Numbered from the stretch's first letter, positions 19,583 through 27,371 are shown. The stretch is DNA of 32,000 bases from Zestosphaera tikiterensis (GCA_003056265.1 NBVN01000003.1:30001-62000), one strand, 5' to 3'. Program-made: numbers and translations. Notes: generated from the letters alone by a model not told the origin.

Positions 19583-19677
19583 TGGTGCGGCGGCCGGGAT
19601 TTGAACCCGGGATCTCCGGCGCTCTACGTGGACCACTTGGCAGGCCGGCGTCCTAGACCAGGCTAGACGACCGCCGC
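19583..19677 (-). tRNA. tRNA-Gly (anticodon GCC) with a 16-nt intron at the anticodon loop, CCA encoded
   Basis: The reverse complement is GCGGCGGTCGTCTAGCCTGGTCTAGGACGCCGGC-CTGCCA(A)-GTGGTCCACGTAGAG(C)-GCCGGAGATCCCGGGTTCAAATCCCGGCCGCCGCACCA. The anticodon stem CCGGC/GCCGG is interrupted by 23 nt where 7 are expected, giving a 16-nt intron at or near position 37/38. Confidence 0.88.
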
Positions 19678-19700
19678 CCAGAAAAGAATATCTGTTAAGA

Positions 19701-20249
19701 TTATTTAAGCTTTGCCTTCCTTAAGTTAAGCGTTAAAGATAGGGTGAAAACCGCAAGGCAGGCGATTAAAGCTACGGGCGTTTCTGGAAATAGCTTAGTA
19801 AGCCCTAAGTAACATAGGAAAGTCCCTAAGGATGAAGTGATTAAAACTATTAAAGTCTTGAAGAGCATGTAAGCTAATGCCGTCACTAGTAGGAATATAG
19901 CTATAAGCAGAGTTAAAACTAGGTTGGGGTCGCTTAAGTAAGGTTTTAAAAAATCTGCCGTGGTTACGTATTTATAGAGTAGGTAGGTTGCGAAGAACCC
20001 TAAGGAAACACTACCCACTACTCTATAGTTAATTAAAGTAAGGATGAAAGCAACGATGAATGTTAAAGCTCCAGCTAAAAAACCTATTAAAGCATTAGAC
20101 CAACTCTTTAAGACTTCCTCAACATATAAAGAAGCTAAGCTACCAAACCACAGACCTGAAGTTAAAGCTACGGCAAGCCTTACAAACCCATACCCCCAAA
20201 AAGCAATTAGCAAACCGATGAAAACCAACAGCACATCACTAAAACCCAC
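19701..20249 (-). CDS. Hypothetical polytopic membrane protein
   Basis: 182 aa with about six hydrophobic segments and no recognisable catalytic motif. Coding is supported by ORF length and by consistent hydrophobic periodicity. Confidence 0.5.
   Translation of the reverse strand: MGFSDVLLVFIGLLIAFWGYGFVRLAVALTSGLWFGSLASLYVEEVLKSWSNALIGFLAGALTFIVAFILTLINYRVVGSVSLGFFATYLLYKYVTTADFLKPYLSDPNLVLTLLIAIFLLVTALAYMLFKTLIVLITSSLGTFLCYLGLTKLFPETPVALIACLAVFTLSLTLNLRKAKLK
19702..19709 (-). promoter_or_regulatory. Candidate TATA box for the tRNA-Gly/tRNA-Glu transcript
   Basis: The minus strand reads 'TTAAATAA', centred about 29 nt upstream of the tRNA-Gly 5' end (19677). It overlaps the stop codon of the upstream membrane-protein gene. 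Confidence 0.4.
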
Positions 20250-20348
20250 ATCAACCCCTACATAAAATTAGGGCTTAAAACAGCTTAAAAGATGTGTAGC
20301 ACAGCATAACAAAACTTATTAAATCCTTATGTAAATCCTTTAAAAGGA

Positions 20349-20425
20349 GGGCCCGTAGCTCAGCATGGCGGAGCGCCCGGCTGATAACCGGGAGGTCCGG
20401 GGTTCAAATCCCCGCGGGCCCACCA
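20349..20425 (+). tRNA. tRNA-Ile (anticodon GAU), CCA encoded
   Basis: The sequence is GGGCCCGTAGCTCAGCATGGCGGAGCGCCCGGCTGATAACCGGGAGGTCCGGGGTTCAAATCCCCGCGGGCCCACCA. It has anticodon stem CCCGG/CCGGG and loop CTGATAA. An A/T-rich 'ACTTATTAAAT' lies about 30 nt upstream. Confidence 0.93.
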
Positions 20426-20476
20426 TCTAAACACCCTGCTTCAAGCCTTCGTGAGTTACCTCAACTATCCCTCATA

Positions 20477-20775
20477 TTACACTACACTACAGCAGTCATC
20501 TCTTAACGGCAGATATCTTGCGTCAGCTACTATAGTCTCTAGTCTCTCCTCGAATTCTATGTCAATCTTTTTTAGCTCAATATCAACACAACATATTACG
20601 AAACTGCTTTGAGTTGTTAACAAAATATCCCTGGTGGAATCCCACAACCGACATCAACTATAACACGAACTTTGCCTAACTCTGTTAACACGCTATAGAT
20701 TTGTCTTTTAACCCTAAGCTCCTCCTCAAAGTAGTTATTTAAAGCAATGCGATTCCTCAACAAGAGGAACACCAT
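20477..20775 (-). pseudogene. Frameshifted, C-terminally truncated class I SAM-dependent methyltransferase remnant
   Basis: On the minus strand, the ATG at 20775 opens 51 codons ending '...VRVIVDVGCGIPPGIFC*', which is SAM motif I (VDVGCG). A second frame continues 'SFVICCVDIELKKIDIEFEERLETIVADARYLPLRDDCCSVV*' (acidic post-I residue and the 'DA..LP..D' motif) and stops at 20477. The C-terminal half of the fold is missing. Confidence 0.5.
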
Positions 20776-21081
20776 ACACTCTGAACTTAGTTCTACAAAA
20801 TATAAGTCTTAAGTAGAGAAACCTACGAATTAAGTCTGCGCAAAACGATTATGCGAGCATAGAAGTTTTGCGAAATGTTAACGTATAACCTAAGTAATTT
20901 CAAAAACTGAAGGAACTTGTGGAACGGTTAGGCTTACGATTTTACAAGCTTAAAAGAGTCCCAAACCAAAGAGGTTCTTTCAATTAAACGAACGGATTGA
21001 TGGATTTGATCATTCAGAATGGAAATAATAATATAGAAAAATATAATTTAATGCTGTCCAAGTAAGTATTTAGGGGTATGT

Positions 21082-21576
21082 ATGGGTAAAGCTTCAGCAA
21101 TCATTGCTGCAGTTGTTGTGGTTTTAATCGTTTCAGGCTTTCTATTTGAGTATTTTCAAATATCAAACCTCCTTAATAACCTAGTAATAAGTGATATTGA
21201 AGTATCGTCTATAGAGCTTAAGGGAGTGCCTCCTACAAAAATCCACTTAGATTTAAACGTGAGACTGAGTAACCCTACCTCTTATGAAGCCTTCATAGAT
21301 AAATTAACATACTCTATCTACGTAAATAATATCTACGTTGGTGATGGTTCAAAAGAATACGTTATTATCCACCCTAACTCAGAAACGGTTGTGAGCATAC
21401 CTATAGACACGTCAGCTATAGATGCTGTGAAAGCATTTTTAAGTTCGCTACAATCTGGGTACGCAGATATAAGGATTAGAGTACATGTGGTTATGCCTGT
21501 AAGATGGTTTTGGACTGTTAGAGTTTTCACGATAGAACGTTCTATAGAGTTGTCGAAGACTGTCTCAATAAAATAA
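21082..21576 (+). CDS. Membrane-anchored LEA_2 / WHy (NDR1-HIN1-like) domain protein
   Basis: 164 aa. It has an N-terminal TM anchor 'AIIAAVVVVLIVSGFLF', followed by 'LDLNVRLSNPTSYEAFIDKLTYSIYVNNIYVGDG...IHPNSETVVSIPID'. This matches the LEA_2 beta-sandwich pattern (NPN-like motif, then Y.l..ng..lg.G). Confidence 0.5.
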   Translation: MGKASAIIAAVVVVLIVSGFLFEYFQISNLLNNLVISDIEVSSIELKGVPPTKIHLDLNVRLSNPTSYEAFIDKLTYSIYVNNIYVGDGSKEYVIIHPNSETVVSIPIDTSAIDAVKAFLSSLQSGYADIRIRVHVVMPVRWFWTVRVFTIERSIELSKTVSIK

Positions 21577-21685
21577 GTAGCTATCTTAAAATCCCCGCTT
21601 CAAGCGTAATTAAAAACCTTTAATCTGGAAGAACTTAAAACAGCGTTTATTTTGGAAAAGTTTAAGCTTACCTAACCTTTCAAGC

Positions 21686-21705
21686 TAAGTGTAAATTTAC
21701 ACTTA
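21686..21705. repeat. Perfect 20-bp palindrome TAAGTGTAAATTTACACTTA
   Basis: The sequence is its own reverse complement. It lies in the 215-nt gap between the 3' ends of the LEA_2-like gene and tRNA-Ser. Confidence 0.9.
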
Positions 21706-21791
21706 AGAATAGCTCAGTAGATTACTCTCAATAAGTTATTTGATACTTCCTGAGACCCACCAAACACTATTAAAATTTAACTGTTTCGGTT

Positions 21792-21878
21792 TGGCGCCGG
21801 GGGCGGGATTTGAACCCGCGCGTGGATACCCACACCGGCTCTCAAGGCCGGCCCCTTAGACCGCTCGGGCACCCCGGC
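21792..21878 (-). tRNA. tRNA-Ser (anticodon UGA), class II with long variable arm, CCA encoded
   Basis: The reverse complement is GCCGGGGTGCCCGAGCGGTCTAAGGGGCCGGCCTTGAGAGCCGGTGTGGGTATCCACGCGCGGGTTCAAATCCCGCCCCCGGCGCCA. It has anticodon stem CCGGC/GCCGG, loop CTTGAGA and a 15-nt variable arm. Confidence 0.92.
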
Positions 21879-21917
21879 ACCACATCAATATTAGTTTTGT
21901 TTTGATGCTATTAATTT

Positions 21918-23066
21918 TTACTTGCTTACTTTAGGTGGGTTGAATTTCGTTCTTAGGAGGAAATCGCTTAAGTTGTTTCTAGCTTTCTCTCTTTTTCTCT
22001 GGAAGTCTATTAAGTATTTAGATACTCTCTCAGCTAACTCCGCTTTGCACTCGCCGCAGAGTAGGTTTCCAGTTTTGCATGCGTGATATCTTTCCTGAAG
22101 TTTAACGTCGTCTTCCTCGAACATCATCTCATACATTTTGAATATTGAACACCTGTCTGGGTTTCCTCCGAGTTTCCTCTGTAGCTCTACTGTAGGTTGA
22201 CCGCCTGTGAAGGCCTTCATTATTTTCTGCTTAGCTACTTCAGGGTCGTCGGTAGTGTATACAGCCGTTTCAGGTTTTGAAGATGACATCTTCCCCTCAG
22301 GTCCTAAGCCGGGTAGTAGTTTGTTATGTATTTGAGCTGGTTTAGGATATCCAAGGCTTGACGCTATATCCCTAGCTATCCTCCAGTAAGGGTCTTGATC
22401 TATCCCAGCAGGTATTAAAACGTAGACGTCCTCACCGTAGAGTTCACTCGGTAAGAACGCCACAGTCATCTGCAGCACGGGGTAGAACACCATACCTACG
22501 TTTGTTGAGTCTGTAAATCCGAAAGTAGCTTTTTGAGTTGAGTAGGTTATCTTCTTAGCTACTTTAACCGCTATAGGGTATAAATACCTTATGTCTTCAG
22601 AGTCTATAATCACGTGTGTTTTCCTAGGGTCTAGATCTAAAGCAGCTAAATCAAGTATGTTTTCGTAGGCAAGCCTATTAGTAACGCTTAACTCCTGCTT
22701 CTCATCATGCCAGAACTTCTCATCGTCGGTCATCTGGAAAAACAGATGCAAACCCAACCTATCCTGCAACCATTTAGTGAATATCCAAGGCAGTATATGA
22801 CCTACGTGCGTATGTCCTGAAGGGCCTCTCCCAGTATATAAAGCACATTTAAAACCTTCTTTAAACATCCTTAAGAAGACGTCGAAATCCCTATGCGAGT
22901 AGAAAACCCTACGTCTAACCATCGGATGGAGCTCACCAGCCAAACCCTTAAGAAGGTCGATCTCCTCATCACTTAAAGCTTTAGCACCGAAGACTTTAAT
23001 CAACCTATCATAATCTACGAAAGCCTCAGCCTCCCACGGAGTTACCTTCACTTCCTCACTACCCAC
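21918..23066 (-). CDS. trpS: Tryptophan--tRNA ligase
   Basis: It has the HIGH-type motif 'GPSGHTHVGH', the KMSKS-type motif 'GKMSSSKPE', and a conserved archaeal N-terminus 'EVKVTPWEAEAFVDYDRLIKVFG'. The track ORF extends to 23126, but the extra residues 'MYCSVIILSFPCLYFLVLPI' translate an A/T-rich promoter-like stretch. The likely start is GTG at 23066 (or TTG at 23075). Confidence 0.92.
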   Translation of the reverse strand: MGSEEVKVTPWEAEAFVDYDRLIKVFGAKALSDEEIDLLKGLAGELHPMVRRRVFYSHRDFDVFLRMFKEGFKCALYTGRGPSGHTHVGHILPWIFTKWLQDRLGLHLFFQMTDDEKFWHDEKQELSVTNRLAYENILDLAALDLDPRKTHVIIDSEDIRYLYPIAVKVAKKITYSTQKATFGFTDSTNVGMVFYPVLQMTVAFLPSELYGEDVYVLIPAGIDQDPYWRIARDIASSLGYPKPAQIHNKLLPGLGPEGKMSSSKPETAVYTTDDPEVAKQKIMKAFTGGQPTVELQRKLGGNPDRCSIFKMYEMMFEEDDVKLQERYHACKTGNLLCGECKAELAERVSKYLIDFQRKREKARNNLSDFLLRTKFNPPKVSK

Positions 23067-23528
23067 AATAGGCAACACCAAAAAATAAAGGCAGGGAAAG
23101 CTTAAAATAATTACGCTACAATACACGACGTAGCTTAAACATATAATCCAACACTTCGTCGATGACTTACTGGAGTTTGAGATGATGAAAAAGATCTAAC
23201 GCAATAAGGAAGTTTCACGACCGCAACTGAGGGTTTAGTTACGTGTTTGAAGTGATGTGTTCTAAAGCATGGTAGAGTGCCATGAAGTAGAAGTTGTGGA
23301 AATAAGCTTAGAGGAAATAAAAACAAACGTCGCCTCTGTTCTCGTAAAGAACTTATGAACGGCGCTGAAGAAGTCATAAGTAATATCTGCGGAACGCCGT
23401 CGTTAAAGCAATAGAGGAAGGGTAAACACGTAACTTGATAGCAAGAGGGGAAAGCACTCTTAATGCATATGCAACAGCTAAGTTTTTAAAGCGATATGCA
23501 GTAGCTTCAACGGGTAAGGTGGAATTTC

Positions 23529-24656
23529 ATGAATATCTGTTGCTTTAACGAGGCAGATAATGTAGAGAGGCGTGTTGCTATAACACCAGACGTAATCCCT
23601 ATCCTTAAGAAGTCAGGCTTTAACGTATTAATAGAAAGCGGTGCCGGTATCTCCGCAGGTTTTTCCGCTGAGGACTACGTGGAGAAGGGGGCGGTCGTTG
23701 GGGCGGGGGATGAGATTATAGAGAAATGCGATATAGTCCTTGCTTTGTCAAGGAATGTTCTAAATAGAAAGTTAAGGGAGGGTGCTGTGGTTATAGGCGG
23801 TCTTAACCCTTACGATAATCCTAAGGAGTTACTTAGATATGTTGACAGGAGACTTACTCTATTCTCTCTTGAGTTAATACCTAGGATAACAAAGGCTCAG
23901 AGCATGGACATCCTCACATCCATGGGTTTTATAGCTGGGTATAGAGCTGTTATTCTGGCAGCTTCATACCTGCAGAAGGTAATCCCCATGATGTCAACAC
24001 CCGCAGGTCTCATAACGCCCGCGAAGGTCTTAGTTATAGGTGCTGGCGTGGCGGGTCTGACAGCCCTAGCTATCGCTAGGAGACTTGGCGCAGATACGTA
24101 TGGCTATGACGTGAGACCGGCAGCTAAGGAGCAGATAAGAAGCGTTGGTGCTAAGGTTGTTGAAATGCCCGTAGAAGCTACGGGGGCAGAGGATAGGGAA
24201 GGGTATGCGAGATATATGGGAGAAGACTTCTATGCTAAACAGCGTATGTTTTTCGAGGAGATTCTAAAGGATTTCGACATAGTTATAACTACGGCCGCAG
24301 TTCCTGGTAGGGATGCTCCGAAACTCATCTCAGAGGAAGCCGTTAAGAGGATGAAGAAGGGTTCAATAATAGTTGATGTTGTTGCTGATAGAGGTGGGAA
24401 CTGCGTGCTAACACAACCGGGGGAAGTTGTAACTAGATATGGCGTGGTAATTATAGGATACACCAACCTACCCTCTCAGCTCCCATATCATGCAAGCATC
24501 CTGTACTCTAGGAACCTAGTTAACTTCCTACTTTACATATCAAAGAACGGTATGATCAACATAAATATTAACGATGAGATTGTTTCAGACACGCTTATTA
24601 TGCATGAAGGTGAGATCGTTAGTAGAAAGTTTAAGGAGTTAATAGGGGTGAAGTAA
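23529..24656 (+). CDS. pntAA: NAD(P) transhydrogenase subunit alpha part 1 (dI, NAD(H)-binding)
   Basis: 375 aa. It has an alanine-dehydrogenase/PNT N-domain 'RRVAITPDVIPILKKSGFNVLIESGAG' and the Rossmann motif 'VLVIGAGVAGLTALAIARRLGA'. Confidence 0.9.
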   Translation: MNICCFNEADNVERRVAITPDVIPILKKSGFNVLIESGAGISAGFSAEDYVEKGAVVGAGDEIIEKCDIVLALSRNVLNRKLREGAVVIGGLNPYDNPKELLRYVDRRLTLFSLELIPRITKAQSMDILTSMGFIAGYRAVILAASYLQKVIPMMSTPAGLITPAKVLVIGAGVAGLTALAIARRLGADTYGYDVRPAAKEQIRSVGAKVVEMPVEATGAEDREGYARYMGEDFYAKQRMFFEEILKDFDIVITTAAVPGRDAPKLISEEAVKRMKKGSIIVDVVADRGGNCVLTQPGEVVTRYGVVIIGYTNLPSQLPYHASILYSRNLVNFLLYISKNGMINININDEIVSDTLIMHEGEIVSRKFKELIGVK

Positions 24657-24657
24657 G

Positions 24658-24966
24658 ATGCAGGAGGTCTATGCGGTAGATATGGTAACACTCTTCACTA
24701 TATTTGTGTTATCCCTATTCATTGGTTTTGAAGTTATTAGGAAGGTTCCAGCCATTCTTCACACACCATTAATGTCAGGTTCAAACGCTATATCCGGCAT
24801 AACTATAGTTGGTGCGATCGTCTCTGCCTTGCACGGCTCTACAGAGCTTACAGCGTATCTATCATTTATAGCTATAGTATTCGCAACTATAAATGTTGTT
24901 GGAGGGTTCCTCGTGACTCATAGAATGTTAATGATGTTTGTGAAGGGAAAAGGTGAAAGGAAATGA
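24658..24966 (+). CDS. pntAB: NAD(P) transhydrogenase subunit alpha part 2 (membrane dII segment)
   Basis: 102 aa with three TM helices. 'HTPLMSGSNAISGI' is the conserved PntAB motif. It starts 1 nt after the pntAA stop. Confidence 0.85.
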   Translation: MQEVYAVDMVTLFTIFVLSLFIGFEVIRKVPAILHTPLMSGSNAISGITIVGAIVSALHGSTELTAYLSFIAIVFATINVVGGFLVTHRMLMMFVKGKGERK

Positions 24967-26345
24967 ACATGACTATACTAAACCTGCTATATCTCTTAGC
25001 AGCAGTGCTATTCATACTTGCGTTCAAGATGCTCTCAACACCTAGGAGAGCTATTTTTGGAAACCTTATTGGAAGTATGGGAATGTTTATAGCTGTTGTA
25101 GCTACGGTTTTATATTACGGTTTTGCCAATATAGCTACGGTTTTATCAGGTATTGTCGTAGGAGGCTTTATCGGAGCTTTAATGGCGCTTAAAGTTCCCA
25201 TGACTTCCATGCCTCAGATGGTAGCCATATTAAATGGTCTAGGAGGTGGAGCATCTATGATGGTTTCCGGAATATCTTTAATAGAATCCATAGAGATCGC
25301 GAGAACAGACCTATCGACAGACTACATAGCTTCTGTAATTGCTGGTGGTATTATAGGTGCTGTAACGCTATCCGGTAGTCTCGTAGCCACCGCAAAACTG
25401 CAGTGGCATAGGATTGAAAGACCAGTAATGTTTAAAGGGATACATATCCTGACGGCAGCGTTGCTGACCCTATCCGTTGGCCTCGGTATATTAATACCGT
25501 ATACGAAAAGCGTCAATACGTTCTGGTTGATGTCTGCAGTAGCTCTTGCCCTCGGGGTATTCTTGGTACTGCCTATAGGCGGTGCTGACATGCCTGTAGT
25601 AATATCTCTGCTAAACTCGTATTCAGGATTAGCTGCGGCGGCAACAGGCTTCGTGTTAAGAAATTCCATGTTAATAATAGCTGGAAGCCTTGTTGGAACG
25701 TCGGGGATTATACTTACAAACCTTATGTGTAAAGCTATGAATAGATCGTTTATAAACGTTCTCCTTGGAGGATTTGGCTCTAAAGTTATCGAGTCACAGG
25801 ATATATACCAGGGTAGGATTAAAAGAGCTTCAGCAGAGGACGTTGCTGAACTTCTAAGATCTGCGAGGAAAGTTGTCATAGTCCCAGGATATGGTATGGC
25901 TGTGGCGCAGGCACACTATCCGTTAAAGGAGCTTGTAGGTATTCTAGAGTCTAGAGGTATAGAAGTAGACTTTGCCATACATCCAGTTGCGGGTAGAATG
26001 CCCGGTCACATGAATGTCCTTCTAGCAGAGGTTGGAATACCTTATGAGAAGATGAAGGGTTTAGACGAAATAAACCCAGCTATGGAGCAGGTGGACGTAG
26101 CAATTGTTGTAGGAGCAAACGACGTTGTTAACCCATATGCGGAAACAGATCCTAAATCACCTATCTACGGAATGCCAATAATTCAAGTTTATAAAGCAAG
26201 AACCGTCGTAGTTATTAAGAGATCGCTAGCCTCCGGATTTGCGGGCATACCGAACCCTCTCTTCACATACGACAATACCCTAATGTATTTTGAAGATGCT
26301 AGAAAAGCTATCCTAGATATTATAGCTGAACTAAAATCGGGATAG
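24963..26345 (+). CDS. pntB: NAD(P) transhydrogenase subunit beta (dII membrane domain plus dIII NADP(H)-binding domain)
   Basis: 460 aa. It has a polytopic N-terminal part and a C-terminal dIII with 'VPGYGMAVAQAH', 'HPVAGRMPGHMNVLLAE' and 'VVGANDVVNP'. Its start overlaps the pntAB stop (ATGA). Confidence 0.92.
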   Translation: MNMTILNLLYLLAAVLFILAFKMLSTPRRAIFGNLIGSMGMFIAVVATVLYYGFANIATVLSGIVVGGFIGALMALKVPMTSMPQMVAILNGLGGGASMMVSGISLIESIEIARTDLSTDYIASVIAGGIIGAVTLSGSLVATAKLQWHRIERPVMFKGIHILTAALLTLSVGLGILIPYTKSVNTFWLMSAVALALGVFLVLPIGGADMPVVISLLNSYSGLAAAATGFVLRNSMLIIAGSLVGTSGIILTNLMCKAMNRSFINVLLGGFGSKVIESQDIYQGRIKRASAEDVAELLRSARKVVIVPGYGMAVAQAHYPLKELVGILESRGIEVDFAIHPVAGRMPGHMNVLLAEVGIPYEKMKGLDEINPAMEQVDVAIVVGANDVVNPYAETDPKSPIYGMPIIQVYKARTVVVIKRSLASGFAGIPNPLFTYDNTLMYFEDARKAILDIIAELKSG

Positions 26346-26504
26346 ACACTACGCCGCTTTATTTAAAAAGACCTTAAGCTCAATCTTAACTACGCACGTG
26401 GAGAAAACTTAATTACCTTCCTAGAACTTCTTCAATATTTTAGCGTTGTTTTCTTACCTAAACTTTTTGTGAATATCATAGGGTTTATGTCCGTGGTTGG
26501 GATT

Positions 26505-27371
26505 TTAGATTAACGTTGATACGTATTTGTATGACCTGAGAATTTTTTCCCTACTTTTCTCGATGGCATTATCGATAACTTTTACAGAAGCTTCACGTAT
26601 TCCGATATAGCCCTTGGATGCGGCATCCCTGATGATCTTATCTGCCATTTTATTCCTGCTTATCAGTAGTGTGGATTCTGATTCTGGAGACCTACCTGCT
26701 GAAATGTCTGCAAATACCCCTGTGTAGTCTGGGCATGTCAGGCATCCATGTTGTAGATATGGCAATACTTCATCTACGCTTATCGTCAATTCCCCTTTAA
26801 CGTGCTTAATTAACAGTTTATCTTTAACTATCTCTACGCTAGTTATATCGTCCGGAGAGACTCTGTATGATGTATGCACGTAGCTTAAGAAGCTTTCTAT
26901 AGCAAATGTTCCCATACAGAATAAACTTATAATCAAGTATATTTTACTACTGAAGTCCGATTCTAGGAGAGGAAACATTTTCATTTGCCTAAGAAATTGT
27001 GCTTGACAAGGAAGGCCAACAAATACGGATTTCTTAACTTCCGGAGATAGCAGCTTCTCCTTTAATCCAAGTGTATATGGTACAACACTCCATATTGAAC
27101 CTACAGCTTCTAGAATTTCTTCGGGTGTTTTTACTACGTATGTCTCTCCACGCAACCCGTGTTTTTTACGAGCCACTATAATTGTGTCAACGATTTTTTC
27201 CTCCAATAAATACAGCAGTATGGCTGTTACAGCACCACCTGCTTTTCCTCTTTCTTTAATCCTTGAATCCTTAGCTTCAGCTTCATATACGTGAATGTAC
27301 ATACCCATGGGATACTCAGGATCTATTATAAATGATTGGAAACTAACCATGTTTTTCACCCGACACCCCAC
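26505..27371 (-). CDS. FrhB-family protein (coenzyme F420 hydrogenase/dehydrogenase beta subunit-like; FAD plus [4Fe-4S])
   Basis: 288 aa. It contains 'GKAGGAVTAILLYLLEEKIVDTIIV', 'VGLPCQAQFLRQM', 'SLFCMGTF' and 'HGCLTCPDYTGVFADISAG', which give the FrhB/FdhB N- and C-domain pattern with its four Cys. It overlaps the small-subunit gene by up to 29 nt. Confidence 0.8.
   Translation of the reverse strand: MGCRVKNMVSFQSFIIDPEYPMGMYIHVYEAEAKDSRIKERGKAGGAVTAILLYLLEEKIVDTIIVARKKHGLRGETYVVKTPEEILEAVGSIWSVVPYTLGLKEKLLSPEVKKSVFVGLPCQAQFLRQMKMFPLLESDFSSKIYLIISLFCMGTFAIESFLSYVHTSYRVSPDDITSVEIVKDKLLIKHVKGELTISVDEVLPYLQHGCLTCPDYTGVFADISAGRSPESESTLLISRNKMADKIIRDAASKGYIGIREASVKVIDNAIEKSREKILRSYKYVSTLI

Noticed and set aside
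19441-19656. Plus-strand 71-aa ORF 'GLVPRPGFEPGSRA...RRPGFEPGISG'
   Set aside because: It is the antisense translation of the two tRNA genes. The repeated 'PGFEPG' is the T-arm GGATTTGAACCCGG read as protein.
20044-20265. Plus-strand 73-aa ORF opposite the membrane-protein gene
   Set aside because: It is an antisense shadow ORF with Lys/Thr/Pro-rich composition.
20625-20645. ORB/mini-ORB-like 'CTGGTGGAAT' and A/T-rich DNA as a possible replication origin
   Set aside because: It is a single partial match lying inside the methyltransferase motif-I remnant. There are no repeated ORB elements and no cdc6/orc1 gene nearby.
21333-21530. Minus-strand 65-aa ORF inside the LEA_2-like gene
   Set aside because: It is an antisense shadow ORF.
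23135-23377. Minus-strand 80-aa ORF in the trpS-pntAA spacer
   Set aside because: Its composition is Ser/Leu/Arg/Phe-rich with no motif. It would start deep in the pnt upstream region and end at the trpS promoter, so it is probably non-coding. Two tiny plus-strand ORFs here (29 and 19 codons, joined by ATGA) were also too weak to call.
24230-25879. Minus-strand ORFs 24230..24466 and 25322..25879 inside pntAA and pntB
   Set aside because: They are antisense shadow ORFs. The 185-aa one is long only because pntB is rich in codons that lack stops in the reverse frame.
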